NCBI GenBank assembly: GCA_951406725.2
Contig: OX597827.1
Location: forward strand, 27,156,001 to 27,220,000
DNA from: Octopus vulgaris
Taxonomy: Eukaryota
Direction: 5' to 3'
DNA length: 64,000 nucleotides
The notes under the pieces are model-generated. The model was not told the origin of the DNA, did no database searches, and saw nothing but the letters and a program-made list of their open reading frames with translations. Shown here piece after piece: positions 12,758 to 27,470 of this stretch. Each line of letters begins with the position of its first letter. Positions within the stretch are counted from its first letter, which is position 1. The translations under genes and the position numbers were made by a program.

Positions 12758-13910
12758 ATATATATATATTTGTGCATATATATATATTTGTGTGTGTGTG
12801 TACCGCACGTGTTAGTAGGGGGTCCAAATTTTCTTTGAATTACAGCCTGCCAAACGTGTTGATTCCTTTTAGTGGAAACCAACCGGCACAAGAACATGTA
12901 GGAAGCCTCAAAGCTATTATTACTTTGCCCCAAGGCACGATACGGATGATTTTCCTGTCTATTTAATTTGCATTCTAGTTTTGTCAAGATCTCGTGTGTT
13001 TTTTTACATCTACCTATTTGAAAGTGGTTGTATTAGCCGAGGCAGTTTATTTTTCTTTTAATGTAGCAACAATACTCCATTATAACTCTAGGTTACTTTC
13101 TCCCCCGTTTTCAATTGTTATTTCTCTTCAAAAGAAAAGTGGAATAACCCTTATTTTTGGGTTGTAAACGAATGGAAGTGTTGCGTATATCTAACTTCAA
13201 ATGTAAAACTGGTTAATCCAAAGTATGCTTTTACTGTATCGTCTTCTTTGGAATGTTTCCACTACCAATATGTGTTCACATATTCCCTAGAAAAGAGTTC
13301 TAACTAAGTATTACTTAAGTTGGCGATACTAAGAGTTTACATGAACAATATCAGTGGGTCAACTAGTTAACCTTAATATTCTATAAGCAACTTCTGCCCT
13401 CCACTCCATCTTTACTTGATTATTTCTCTACCTTCAGTTCTGTAATATCTTTATTCCTCCAAATACACTTAACTTCTTAGTCTCCACCATCTTTTACACA
13501 TCTCCTTGGTGAGCCATACATAGACTAGCTCTGGACTTCTCCAACCAATTATTTATCTTCATGTTTGAACACTTCCCACATGGAATACACTATTGTATAT
13601 CAAGAAGTACATTTATTTCAAATAGAACTGAGGTTGATTTACATAGATAAAAATTCTGACTTCACTTTAGGTAGAAGCTATCTACCATATTGTGAACAAT
13701 AACTGGAACAAGTAAAAGAATATTACACACACACACACACATATTTATATATTCGCGTATGTGTTAGTAGATACATATATGCATATATTATTTATATTCA
13801 TATACGTATGCATGTGTATGTGTGCTTCGTATGTATATATGCACAAACACGCATCTATAAATATATTTTACATACATACATACATGCATACATACATACA
13901 CACACGCACA

Positions 13911-13976
<66 letters not shown>

Positions 13977-14316
13977 CATAAGATAGAGAGAGAGAAAGAG
14001 AGGGAGAGAGATAGGGACACGTGGATGGGTGCATTCGCATGTTTGAATACAAAGAAAGGGAGAGAGGGGAATGTGCACGTGCGTGTGTGAATGTTAGGCG
14101 AAGAGGGATTTATAAGAAAGACTTACAAGATTTTACGAAAGACTGGAATAAAAACATATATATATACACACACATATATATACATCATAAAGCTTCGTCG
14201 CACGTCGCTTTGTGGTTTATTAAAATATTTGTCATTCCATAATCTGTTCTTCACAATCACGCCGCACCAGATACGTTCCAACAAACCAGCCAGCCAGCCA
14301 GTTAGCTTACAATCAT

Positions 14317-14429
<113 letters not shown>

Positions 14430-15166
14430 AATATACGATGCTATGCAATAATATATAAAATGACATTTAAAGTAAAGTGAGGAAGTGAACAAGGGACACA
14501 GTAAAATGTCGCGAGATAACTTGACGCTACTGCTCCGTTCTGGCTGACAATCACGCTCACATGCCTACGACGACAGATGTCGCTGCAGTTTGTTTGAATG
14601 AACATCCGACTACGCCTCCCACTTCCCCCGACTCTTATTAGCTTCTCTCTCCCTTTTCATATACACACACACACACACATACACACGCACGCATACACAC
14701 GCAAGCATACACACACGCACACGAACATGTATATGTATATATGATTTTCGTTACTGTTTCAAATTTTCTTTCACCTTTTATCAATGGCTTCCTTGTTCAA
14801 AAATATTCTACTATCTCTCTTACGTCTCACCCTCGATTAGGGATTTATCCTCTATTTCCGGTTTCTCCCACCCCATGACCACACAGATATAATATATATT
14901 TTGCCTCCCTCAACCAACATGTCAGTCTATCGGTCGGTCGGTCGGCGTATCTATTTGCAGGTCTACCTTTCTCTCTGCTTCTAATTCTCATGTATTTTCC
15001 TTCTCTTTCTTTTTCTGTTACACACCTTCAGTTACGCCTACGCCTTGTATATTTTTCCAATCTCTTTTACTTACATTTGATGCGTCTTTTTATATAGATA
15101 TAGCTATAGATATTGATATAGATAGATAGAAAGATAGGTAGATAGATAGCTTTCTCTCAGTGTCTT

Positions 15167-15205
<39 letters not shown>

Positions 15206-15216
15206 CGCTCATATCG

Positions 15217-15253
<37 letters not shown>

Positions 15254-16277
15254 GACCACACGCACACACATATTTCTTTTGCTAAAATATATTCTAATGG
15301 AATATTGTTCATCGTCTGATGATTGCTTAGCGTTTACTGATCATACTGATAATGATACTTGAAGTTACGACGTATTATCTTTAATAGACTATATCATAGT
15401 TATGTATTATATATTTCTCTCTCTTATTGTTATTGAGTACTCTCGGCTACATGTGTGTGTGTATTTGTGTGTGACCGTGTGCATGCGTGATCCCTTCTCT
15501 ATACACTTCTTTTTACACTTGTCTCCTCTCCCCTGCTATGCTTTTCTCTCACTCTGTTTCACTCAACTTCTCCCTGTCTGTCTGTCTGTCTGTCTGTCCC
15601 CCTCTCTCTCTCTCTCTCAGTCGCGTTTTCTCAACAATCATCCATGCAATATTCCATACATGTCACACAATTCTTTTCATTTTCGACTTTCCTTTCTTTC
15701 TTCCTTTCTTTCTTTCCTTCTTCTTTTCTCCGATCTTACCTCTCTCTCTTCCTCTCTTTTCTTTTTTCTTATTTCCTTCCCCTTTCTCTCTTACTATGTA
15801 ACTATTATCTCTCTTATCCTTCTATCTCACCCGATTTCTTCTTTCATTTCTCATTTCATTCTTTCTCTCCTTCTCTCTCTCCCTCTTTCTTCCGGTCCCT
15901 TCCATATACCCCTACACACTCCGCACTCACTCAGTCCTATTTCTCACGCACCACCACCACCTCCATCACACATTCCCCCTCTCTTCCTCGAACATAGCAA
16001 TACAACAGCAGCCAGACGACTGATGGCCCAATCGAATTTCTGACAGTTTGCTGTCGTCTGCACTTCATTATTAATGAGAGAGAAGAGGAAGAGAGGAATG
16101 GAAGGGGAGGAAATGGAAGACAGCGACTGATTTATAAATGTGTCGGCTGCGTTATTCAATCTATTTTTAGGCACACACACACACGACTTACAATAGACAC
16201 ACATATATCATAATGTACAAAATAAGACCATTCGTACAAGAAATCCAATTCAATCCGTTATAATACAGAGCAAAAGC

Positions 16278-16420
16278 TTGTATTTATTCTGCCGAGGTCG
16301 ACATTGCTTTTCATCCTTCGGTATCGATAAAATACGCACCAGCTGATCACTGGGGTTGACGTAATCGACAATCCTTTTCCACACCATTTCAGACCTGGTG
16401 CCTGTGGTTGAAGAATACCA
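16278..16420 (+). mobile_element. SINE family B, degenerate
   Basis: gccgaggtcgacattgcttttcatccttcggtatcgataaaat central domain. Confidence 0.6.
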
Positions 16421-16443
16421 ATAATAACAGTAATAATGACAAA

Positions 16444-16508
<65 letters not shown>

Positions 16509-16600
16509 AGAATAAGAAGAAGAAGACGAAGAAGAAGGAGGAGGAGAACAACAACAACAACAACCACAACAACTATTATTATAATTATTATTATTATTAT

Positions 16601-17156
16601 TGAGTGAGAGAGCAGTTCATGCCATCAAAGTGACATTGGGGTAAAATATACGAAGCCCAATATACCCATCATGACTACCCGTCTGATAAAGGTACACCAG
16701 GCACATGCATCAAAACCAATATGTGCGCGACATGGTGATCTCATATCAAGATAAACAGCACATGACCTTGCAGGTGGGGCCAAGTTAGAATTTTCTTCAG
16801 GTTGAGTAACCCATCCCGCTCAAACGGTCCCTGAATAAGGATTGTTTAAGGATGTTGAAAGAACCACCCATGTTTCCAGAGGTGAATTATTCAAACCCCA
16901 AAGAATCCTTCTCAACACATGGCTATGATGCTCCCCCACTACTTCTGCTCGTGATCAGAGATGCACATATCGTCAGCCACTAAGGGACATGCTCAACTGG
17001 TTAAGGTCAAACAACTGACAAGCAAATCTGTGGTATTGAGCAGAATATTTGCTGTAGCCCATCTTTTATACCAAGACAAAACAATGTACATGATAACACT
17101 TCCAATCAGTTAAGATCAGAAGCTATGAGAGCTACTGCCTGGTACTGCATCAGGGC

Positions 17157-17160
<4 letters not shown>
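16601..17160. mobile_element. About 560-bp non-coding interspersed repeat bounded by (TTA)n
   Basis: Partial homologous copies at 17343-17724 and 17745-17875; (TTA)n on both sides. Confidence 0.75.
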
Positions 17161-17201
<41 letters not shown>

Positions 17202-17342
17202 CTCTCGGGGTCAATAAATTAAGTACCGGAGAAACATTGGGGTCGATGTAATCGACTCGTCGCCCTCCTCACACATTTTAGGCTTTATGCCTTTAGTAGA
17301 AATAATAATAATAATTATTATTATTATTATTATTATTATTAT

Positions 17343-17875
17343 TGAGTGAGAGAGCAATGCATGCCATCAAAGTGACACTGGGGTAAAATATACGAAGCCG
17401 AGTATACCCTTCATGACAACCCGCACATGCATCACAACCATATGTGCGCGATATGATGATCTCATATCAAGATAAACAGCACATGACCTTGTAGAAGGGG
17501 TCCAGTTAGAATTTTCTTCTGGTCGAGTAGCCCATCCTGCTTAAAAGGTCTCTGAATAAGGATTGTTTAAGGATGTTGAACGAAACACCCATGTTTCCAA
17601 AAGTGAATTATCCAAATCTCTAAGAATTCCTTTCAACACACGGCTATGATGCTTCCCCACTACTTCTACTCGTGATCGTCAGACACTAAGAACATGATCA
17701 ACTGGTTAAAGTCAAACAACTTACTTATTATTATTATCGTCATCATTGAGCGAGAGAGAAGTGTATGTCATCAAAGTGATACCATGGAACAAATATACGA
17801 AGTCCAACATACCCATCATGACGACCCATGTGATAAGGGTACACCAGGCACATGCATCACACCCATATGTGCGCA
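17343..17875. mobile_element. Two further truncated copies of the 560-bp repeat
   Basis: tgagtgagagagcaatgcatgccatcaaagtgacactgggg and tgagcgagagagaagtgtatgtcatcaaagtga starts. Confidence 0.7.
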
Positions 17876-17894
17876 ACTATATTTTACTATTATA

Positions 17895-18060
17895 AAGGCG
17901 GTGAGCTAATAGAAACGTTAGCACGCCGGGCTAAATGCTTAGCGGTATTTCATCTGTCTTTACGTTCTGAGTTCAAATTCCGCAGAGCACTGGAGTCGAG
18001 GTAAACAACTTACCTCACCCCTCAAAATTTCAGGCTTTGTGCTTGTATTAGAAAGGATTA
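17895..18060 (+). mobile_element. SINE family B, internally deleted
   Basis: aaggcggtgagctaatagaaacgttagcacgccggg...gagttcaaattcc. Confidence 0.75.
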
Positions 18061-18098
18061 TTGTGTGCGGACATGAATCAAATCAGATAAATCCAACA

Positions 18099-18713
18099 AT
18101 CTTTTCTACTCTAGGTACAAGGCACGGAATGTTGGGGGAGGGGGCAGATCGATCCCAGTACGCAACTGGCACTTAATTTATCGACCCCGAAAGGATGAAA
18201 GGCGAAGTCGACCTCGGCGGAATTTGAACTCAGAACGTAAAGACAGACGAAATACCACTAAGCACTTCGCCCGGTGTGATAACGTTTCTGCCAGCTCGCC
18301 GCCTTAGATAAATCTAATAATCTTTTCTACCCTAGGCACAAGGCCCGAAATTTTGGGAGAGGGAGCCAGTCGATTAGATCTACCCCAGTACACAACTGGT
18401 TCTTAATTTATAGACCCACGAAAGGATGAAAGGCAAAGTCAACCTCGGTGGGATTTGAACTCAGAACGTAAAGACAAACGAAATACCTATTTCTTTACTA
18501 CCCACAAGGCGCTACATACAGAGAGGACAAACAAGGACAGACAAACGGATTAAGTCGATTAGATCGACTCCAGTACGTAACTGGTACTTAATTTATCGAC
18601 CCCGAAAGGATGAAAGGCAAAGTCGACCTCGGCGGAATTTGAACTCAGAACGTAAAGACAAACGAAATACCGCTAAGCACTTCGCCCGGCGTGCTAAAGC
18701 GTCCGCCATCTCG
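18099..18713 (-). mobile_element. Tandem SINE family B copies (18099-18305 monomer; 18319-18713 composite with an internal Tx1-like tail)
   Basis: Three central domains; imperfect duplication agataaatccaacaatc/agataaatctaataatc around the monomer. Confidence 0.85.
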
Positions 18714-19391
18714 CAATAATGGGCAAGTAAAGTTTCAAATCAGCCCAAAAATGTTTCTACGTTCGTTCGTTGTGGAAATGAAGATTTTGAAGAGAATGTT
18801 CAAAACCTCATCATTACCCCACCTCTTCATTACCCCACCAATTTCAGGATGTGCACTTGCACCCACCTCCAAAACTCTGTTTCCGAACGAATAGCAAGAG
18901 GTGGATCTGAGGAAGATCAGGATGCTAGTTCTAGCCAATGGAACGATCACGTAGATACCTTTGTAATTACTGTTGTTAGATAATCTGTTTTGGTTTTATT
19001 TATTTATTTATTTCCATTTTCATGCGACTTTATAACTCCAGGCTACCATGGACTTGTGACAGAACAGCAGCAAGATGTCGGCTTCAGTAGTGTACGCATG
19101 CGCACTCACTCTCCTTGTTAATAGAGCTTTCCTGTTGACAGCAAAATCAATACTGCACATTCCACCCCCTCAAGCGTAACACGTAGTTTTTCCTACCTGA
19201 GTCGCTCTTACACTCAATCATTATCTATATATGAACCTCTCTCTCTCTCTCTCTCTCTCTCTAACTATCTATCTATCTCTATCTATTTCTCTCTCTCCCT
19301 ATATATATATAATATAATATAATATAATATATATGCATATGATAATATATGGTATATATGTAAAATATAATATGCATATGATAATATATTG

Positions 19392-19454
<63 letters not shown>

Positions 19455-19822
19455 GATGCCAACAATAAATATAATATTTGATATATATATGTATGTAATA
19501 TTTGATATATATATATATATGATATATATATATATATATTGATAAATAAATAAATATATATATATGTATGATATTATGTACTATGAGTGTGTGTGTATAA
19601 TATGTATATATATATATATACAAGTTGGCAAGTTGCTTCTTGGTGAGGGGGGTTGATACCTATTTATCTCTCTGTATATCTGTGTATCTATCTTTTTATC
19701 TATCTATCTATTTGTCAGTCTCTCTTTCATTCTGTCTTGCTATCTGTCTCTCTTTTCTTCTCTCTCTCACCCAGTTCATATTTTGAGACAATAATTCGTT
19801 AGTGAATCACGCACATAACACA

Positions 19823-19899
<77 letters not shown>

Positions 19900-21151
19900 A
19901 CACAGAAATCGAGTGAGAGAGAAAAAGAGAGAGGAATGATGATCAAGGTTGGAGGCTAAACAAACCTTAACGAAAGGGGACCCGAAGCGAAGGAGAGTAT
20001 TCAGTACATTTTGACTACATCATGGCAAATAGCAAATATACAGAACGATAGGGGGTGCCACTACCACCGCCGCCGCCGCCGCCACCGCCACTACTAAAAT
20101 AAAACAATATTAGAAAAAAAACCGTAGATGTGCTTCAGGGTGTAAAACATTAATGACTTACTCCATATATTGGTAGAAGACAGCGAGGTACTGTGACGTA
20201 AGCAAGTCGTAGTACCCCCTGTCAAGCTCTCTCTTCCACTCACTCTCTCACTTTGTCCCTCTCTTTCCCTCTCGTTCTCTCTTTACCAACAACGATCACT
20301 GCCACCACCATCAGCACCACCAACACCACTAACACCACGTGATATTTTGACGTCAACCAGTATTATATATCATTACCATTACCCGTTCTCGTTTTCTTTC
20401 TTCCTTTCTCTGCCCCCTCTTTCTCTCTCTCTCCTGACCGTATTTAATAAATCAGTCCCAGGCAATCTGTGGGTATTTCTGAATGGCACGTCCTCACGAA
20501 ATATTACCTTCTATTCATATAGTGGATACATGTCTTTCGTTTTGGGTTCATTGATTTCATAATAGATTTTTAACACTTACACACACCTCTTATTTTTATG
20601 GAAGTTGTGTTGTAAGAAATGGCGTCGGCAAACCATATTTAACAAATCGAAATGTCCCGATCAACTGAGAAAGCAAAAAAAAACTACAGAAAATTGTTAA
20701 CGACTCCTGTGCGAATTGGAAGAGGATTTCGTCATAGCAAAATGAAGTCGATATAAAACTGAATTTTCTTGTGTAGATGTAATGCGTTAGCTCCAGCATT
20801 CGATCGTCAGAAGTGGGGAGATTAGCATAAGAAGCCAAGCTCACTGTCTTCATTTTTGTTTCCGTGTGTATCTTCACCTGCATAGCACCTTGGGAAGGTG
20901 TCTTCTGTAGCCTCGGGCCGACCAAAGCCTTGTGAGTTGAATTGGTAGACGGAAACTGGAAGAAGCCCGTCGTATGAACTGTCAGCATCTACTAAATTCA
21001 AACGAGGCATGTGGATGTCTTATCATCGAAGTCGGTGGTTTTGTAACTAATGGCAACTGAGTATCACCTGAAGAAATACAACTGGATCCCATTATACAAG
21101 TAAATCGTTGCATAATTTAAATCCTGTATATATATATATATATATATATAT

Positions 21152-21186
21152 ATGAAGATCTATGTTGTATCGAAACATGTGTAGAG
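21152..21186 (+). ncRNA. 5'-truncated hammerhead-like motif at a (TA)n junction
   Basis: TGA-a-gat(ctatgttgt)atc-GAAA-catgtg-TA-gag. Confidence 0.45.
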
Positions 21187-21249
21187 ATTATTAAATAACT
21201 GTCTAACCGTACTTCTTCTTGTTGACTATGTTATTCAATTATATATATA

Positions 21250-21412
21250 GGCGAAGGAGTGACTGAGTGGTAAGTAGCTTGCTTCCCAAACACATGGTTC
21301 CGGATTCAATCCCACTGCGTGGCACCTTGGGCAAGTATCTTCTACTATAGCCTAGGGCCGACCAAAGCCTTGTGAGTGGATTTGGTAGACGGAAACTGAA
21401 AGAAGCCCGTCT

Positions 21413-21472
<60 letters not shown>

Positions 21473-21680
21473 TGTTTGTCCTCGCCACCATCGCTTGACA
21501 ATTTATGCTGGTTTGTATATGTCCCCGTAAGCAAAGGAGACCAATTGAATAAGTACTAGGCTTACAAAGAATAAATCATGGGGGTCGATTTCTTCGACTA
21601 ACACTCTTTGAGGTGGTGCTCCAGCATGGCCGCAGTCCAAAGACCGAAACAAGTAAAAAAAGAGAGTAAAAAGAATAAGA
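21250..21680 (+). mobile_element. SINE family A, full length
   Basis: Head ggcgaaggagtgactgagtggtaag, accttgggcaag, internal (TA)n(TG)n, tail gtgctccagcatggccgcag. Confidence 0.85.
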
Positions 21681-21699
21681 TCATTAATGTTGGGTAACG

Positions 21700-21925
21700 A
21701 CTGAAAGATTGCGATCGTGAATACAAGCATCCGAAATGGAGTCACTCCGTAGGTTCTGTGGAATAACGTTACTTGACTGAACATGTAGTATGGAGAATAA
21801 GGATTCACAAGTTGGGGCACTACTTCTCTGCATTGAGAAGCCACGGCTCCGGTGCTACGGACGTGCGATTAGACCGTCAGAGGAAATAATTGGAAGACAG
21901 ATTCTTCAAGTCAAGTCTGACCGAA
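21700..21925 (+). mobile_element. Old RTE-like LINE C-terminal fragment
   Basis: RRFCGITLLD...LLLCIEKPRLRCYGRAIR...RQIL resembles the RTE (R)IE..QLRWFGHV.R motif. Confidence 0.5.
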
Positions 21926-22264
21926 ACAGACTTAAAAACACCATCCTTAGCTGCGAAGGTTCAAGACCAAATCATGGCCATAATTGATATCTTGCGTTCT
22001 TTCAAAGACCCATCTTCTTCGCTCGCAAGAGCAAGCAAGATCGTGGGGCATAGGTACTTCCTCCATTGGATCCTATAAGAAGCAAACGTCATTAGACTTT
22101 CAGGCTGTATTTCCAAGTATGACAAACTGTGATTATGGATAATATCCAACCGTTTCCTTCTTGGTTTACCGTTACGTCTCCTGTTAATATGAGATGAATG
22201 AAGGAGTAGATCGGTGAGGCGAACGGGAAGTGATAGACAGAAAGATCGACGGCGAGATAGAGGA

Positions 22265-22307
<43 letters not shown>

Positions 22308-22899
22308 TGATCTATGTAATATGAATAAATAAATATAGAAACAAATTAGTAAAGGGAAGTAACTCAAATGAAGCTATACCATGTATTTTAAAAATACAAG
22401 CAATGATGTGCTTGATTAATGGACACCAGCCATTCTTAATGAATTTGAATTTGCCTTTGGGAGAAAGTAAGCAGTGAAATCCTAGCGGTAATTCTTAACG
22501 CTGTGTGTGTGTGTATATGTGTGTGTGTGTTATGTGTGTGTATGCATGTGTGCGTGTGTGTGAAAGAAAGAAAGAAAGAGAGGAACAGACAACTAGGGCA
22601 GCTAGATACGTGTCTAAATATATTTATATATGTATATAAATTTTCATGGACGAATATGTATGTATATATATATACATACATATATATATAAAACCCTAAC
22701 ACCACCACACCATACACCACTATACTACCACGCCACACCACCCCGCACACACTAGCACTAACCACTTCCCAGCACCTACATCATCATCCATACGCCTACA
22801 CAACCACACACGCACAGGTCATGGTCACCAGCCCCCTTCCACACGCACATAACTCTCTCACATACACACGCACGCGCACCTTCATTTTGGTATCACCCC

Positions 22900-23142
22900 T
22901 ACTTTATTATCTCCCCTTCTTCTTAGCTCTCCTGTGTGACCCCTCTGTCCGGCACTCGCCATGATAGTTCGCTAGCCACGAAACCTTTTTTATTTTCTCC
23001 CCCTGTTTATTTCTATGTTCCTTTCTGCCGAAGAGCGTAGGCTCGAAACGTCAAAGACTTTCTCACTTTCCGAGCGTTAAACTAATACATCTGTTTGTTG
23101 TTTACACACCCGTCTTCGTCTTTTGTTTTTGTGAATTCTCAC
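22900..23142 (+). mobile_element. GAGC-GTAG-GCTC family HHR element (HHR-like 23021-23056)
   Basis: cttt-CTGCCGA-a-gagc(gtag)gctc-GAAA-cg-TC-aaag; ends in (TA)n. Confidence 0.75.
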
Positions 23143-23222
23143 TATATATATATATGTATGTATATATATATACATCCCTTCGTGTATTTCACGTTATTTA
23201 TTTATGTAAAGGTTTATTTTAT

Positions 23223-23292
<70 letters not shown>

Positions 23293-23852
23293 TATATTTT
23301 TGTATGTGCGTATATGCATGTCAAAGATGCAGTCTGTTTACTCAGGTAGGCGAGCAGATAGTATGTATATTATGGTAAGTGCCAAACAAGCCTATTTATT
23401 CGCTTGTCTTGATTGACATTGCAGTGGGAGATACACGAGTAGCTGTTGGTAAATTACCTTTCAAAACACACCTGACAATCATTGTTAATAAGAGATGAAT
23501 GGAAGTGTTTGTGTGTGAGTGGTAGTGCGGGGGGGATTAGACGGTGAGAAGAAGAGTAAGAATGGGATAGGGAGAGAGAAAGGAGAGAGAGGTGGGGAAA
23601 AGCAGAAAGGTGGAGTAGACAGATAGACGTAGAAACCAAATGGAGGCAGATTGAGAAAAACACAGAGAAATAGAGGGAAAGGGAGAGAGAGGGAAGGGGA
23701 GAGAAGAAACGAAGACAGATGTGGAGAGGATGAGAGTGAAGGAGAGGCAGAGAGAAAGAGGGGGGGAATAGGCAATTATATATCTAATGAAAAATGAGGG
23801 ACCAAGTGAAAAAGACTCACAGGAGAGAAAGAAGGAGACGTAGAGGAGAAGA

Positions 23853-23903
<51 letters not shown>

Positions 23904-24079
23904 CAATGCTTATACATCTTTATAGCGAGGTGTGTTTAGATAAAAGAAGCAAACCTTTGAGGTAAGGCGGGCGGGCACGCGTTCTTCAGTGTTTTGATGA
24001 ACAGTACTTACTGCTAACACCTGACGTGAAATCCATGACAGGTACTTAATACACATACACACATTTATATACATAATAC

Positions 24080-24132
<53 letters not shown>

Positions 24133-24191
24133 GTAGAGGTAGGTACGTACATATATGTATGTATATATGCATATGTTTTATTTATTTATTA

Positions 24192-24237
<46 letters not shown>

Positions 24238-24942
24238 GTATATGTATATGTATATATGTGTGTACGTATGTATGTATGTGTGTGCATGAATTTTTATATC
24301 GTTAGCATTTTACTTCAGCAATGGAGGAGTGTTTTTTTTCTCTCGTTTGTTATTGCTGTATACTTAACGCCTTGTTTACTTAACCATTGTGCTGTGCTAT
24401 TTTACTAAAAGTATTGCTTCCAGAACTAATCGCCTATTTTTCATACGGAATTTCTCTATCCGAGAGACGTGTTGTTTACGCTTGTTTTCCTTCCTACTTT
24501 TGTTTAGCATTATCGTGATATGGTGTATTACTGTGGTTTCTTGTTCTAAGTGCATGCGAAACTGATCGGAAAATGTCGTCCATGTTTAACCATTAAGACA
24601 GTCGTAGTCGTGATGTTTGCAAATTCCACGTTTGCTGGCCATTGTGTTCTTAATTATATAAGTCATTAGTAACGTGTTCACAAGCATACAGGTTGCAGGT
24701 TACTTATATGGGTCTGTTTCATTTTTTTTGTTTCATTTTTATTGATATTGTTATTTATTTTAATACGCATGCTTGACGCACCCGAAGAGGAAGCACGCCG
24801 ACAGTGTATGAATGTTTATAACTCTTTGTGTGTGCGTGTGTGTGTGTGTTGTCCTAACTTCAGCAAAGGTTACAATGCGATGTCTACCAAAACACCTACA
24901 TGTCATGTGAAGGATTTTGTGTGCGCGCGTATTTACATATGT

Positions 24943-25079
<137 letters not shown>

Positions 25080-25843
25080 AGCGGAAAATGGAGCTATGGC
25101 TATGCTGAATTCAAACATTTCACCAGTATAGGTGACCAACTCTTCGAATTTCTCTCAGGACTCAAAAGCAATTTAAGATCTCACGTAAGAATATATGCTG
25201 ATATTTACATCAGTCCATGCTTTCATCTATTCATGATGTTCATCTCTTCTTCACGACGTTTCAGCGTTAGACTTACGGTTTTTTCCTCATTTTCACACGA
25301 ACTTAATTAGCATATTTACCATTTATCAACACAAAAGATCTCAACTTCCCTTGGATTCTACAGTCTCGCCTTAAAATTGAACTCACATAACTCATTATCA
25401 TTTTAATACTAAACGATGATGCTTAGTTCAACTTGAGGACAAAAATCTTGCCTCGCTTTATTTATCTTCAATTATGTAAAAATAAAATTGCCATGACATG
25501 CGTATATCTACTGGTTCCTCTACGTTTTATAAGGTATAGACAAAATAATATTTTTTCTTCAGGGGCTCACGTGAATAGACTAACATTTACAGGGTACATT
25601 CGGGTGGTTAAGGGTAGGTTATGTAAGTGAGAATGTGACACTCTGTATGCAGACGACTTCCTTGAGGTAATTAAATAAAATATCTTCCGCTCGTGTCGAG
25701 TTAAAAGAAATAAGAATATGCATATGTGTGTATATACTGTATGTGTGTATATGTATATGTGTGTATAAAATGTGTATGTGTATAAACATTTTCAAATTTT
25801 ATTGTGTGCATATACAAAACACTATATATATATATAGAGAGAG

Positions 25844-25915
<72 letters not shown>

Positions 25916-25961
25916 GTATACATATATATTTATGGATGCGACACACACGTGTGCATGCATG

Positions 25962-25997
<36 letters not shown>

Positions 25998-26580
25998 GTT
26001 CGCACAAACACACACCACGCACACACATGCACACACCCACTCACGCACACACATATACACACGCTGTATATCGTGTGCCTTCTTTTTCGATGTTTTCATA
26101 TTTATGAAAGGAAGAAATGTTTTCGTACACGCACACACCTACCCACTCATGCAAACCCCACCCCATTCACTCACCTAATATATATAGTGTATATGTCTGT
26201 GAGTGTGTCTATATACAGAACTTTATATGTGCGTGCACACGCGTGCTCATGATGTTATCAGTGGCCTGTGTGTAAATGTGTGTGTGTGTGTGTGTGCAAA
26301 CCTGCTGAGGCACATTCCAAGCAGCGGGTATAACAGTGGGGCATCTCCTCACCACAGCCCCACCGCCACCATACATACATATACATACAGACGCCCTTGA
26401 TTGTATAAATTTTAATTGGCAGGAAATTGCATAAAAAAAATTAACACTACCACATTCTATAAAGCCATAAATACTATTTTACACTTATCCATGCGTTATA
26501 CGCCATTCATGTACACGAGCTATATACTCATGCATGTTGTACGTGTTATACACCGATATAAGCCATACACCTTCATTATA

Positions 26581-26705
26581 CAGTGATGTCTCGCAGTACG
26601 AGTTTAATTCATTCCATGACCGATCTCGTCTTACGATTTACTCGATTTACAAATCAATTTTCCGCATTGAAATTAACTAAAATATAATTAATCTGTTCCT
26701 GCCCC
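26581..26705 (+). mobile_element. pogo/Tigger-like DNA transposon terminal fragment
   Basis: TA|cagtgatgtctcgcagtacgagtttaattcattcc resembles Tigger-type termini (recalled, not searched). Confidence 0.5.
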
Positions 26706-26794
26706 CCCCCCGCCCCACTCCAACTAATTTTTTATGGGTTTTGAACAGAAAAGGTGTAGTTGCAAGTAAAATTATTGCAAAAAAAAAGAGAATT

Positions 26795-26920
26795 ATTCTG
26801 CTTTAGGCACAACGCCCTTAATTTTTTGGGGGGAGCCAGTCGATTAGATCGACCCCAGTACGCAACTGATACTTAGTTTATTGACCTCAAAAGGATGAAA
26901 TTCAAAGTCGACCTCGACGG
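26795..26920 (-). mobile_element. SINE family B 3' part
   Basis: gtcgattagatcgaccccagtacgcaact...aaagtcgacctcg. Confidence 0.7.
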
Positions 26921-27029
26921 GAGTGCCACTATACACGTAAACCTGTCATAGATTTAATTATGTTATACTCTTATGTTTGATACAAACACACACAAGCATA
27001 CATACACATAAGCATTACATATATATAAG

Positions 27030-27375
27030 GGCTACCATGAAGTCACTTGGAATGGATCCAGAGGACATAGAAACCCTTGCTTCGGATCGAGCTGGATGGC
27101 GAATAAAAAGCGTGGAGTAGAGTGAAAGCGTTTGAAGAGAGATTTCAGGGAGAATGTTACGATCGAGAAGGGGAATTCCAATGACCTTTTTGTGTGCACA
27201 GACAACTCCTTTCTTTTATCTGCAGCTCTTGGTGGTCCAAATCGGATATGCAATCTATTTGGGTGTCTTTTCAATAGATTGTCTGGTTTAAAAATCCACA
27301 TCAGACGCCATGATGGATATAAGGTGTAAGTACAGGAGGTGGTCAGACTCTGCATAAGGAGTACACAACGACCAT
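27030..27375 (+). mobile_element. RTE (BovB-like) LINE 3' end
   Basis: ATMKSLGMDPEDIETLASDRAGWR...KAFEE...ICNLFGCLFNRLSGLKIHIRRH; RTE C-terminal DR..WR motif and zinc finger. Confidence 0.65.
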
Positions 27376-27410
27376 GTATGTATAAGCTTACATACATACA
27401 CACATATATA

Positions 27411-27470
<60 letters not shown>

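Noticed and set aside
13250-13287. Third GTGAACA...GAAA motif on the minus strand
   Set aside because: No stem III or UH site between GAAA and the putative stem I strand.
13330-13700. Possible very old RTE tail on the minus strand
   Set aside because: Only faint RW/EWR-like remnants among many stops; too weak to annotate.
15312-15372. CTGATGA at 15316 as a hammerhead
   Set aside because: No stem II-GAAA-stem III in register.
19042-19091. Possible exon after a pyrimidine-rich ...ctccag acceptor with gctaccATGg
   Set aside because: The ATG frame stops after three codons, the donor is weak, and no partner exon or protein similarity is recognisable.
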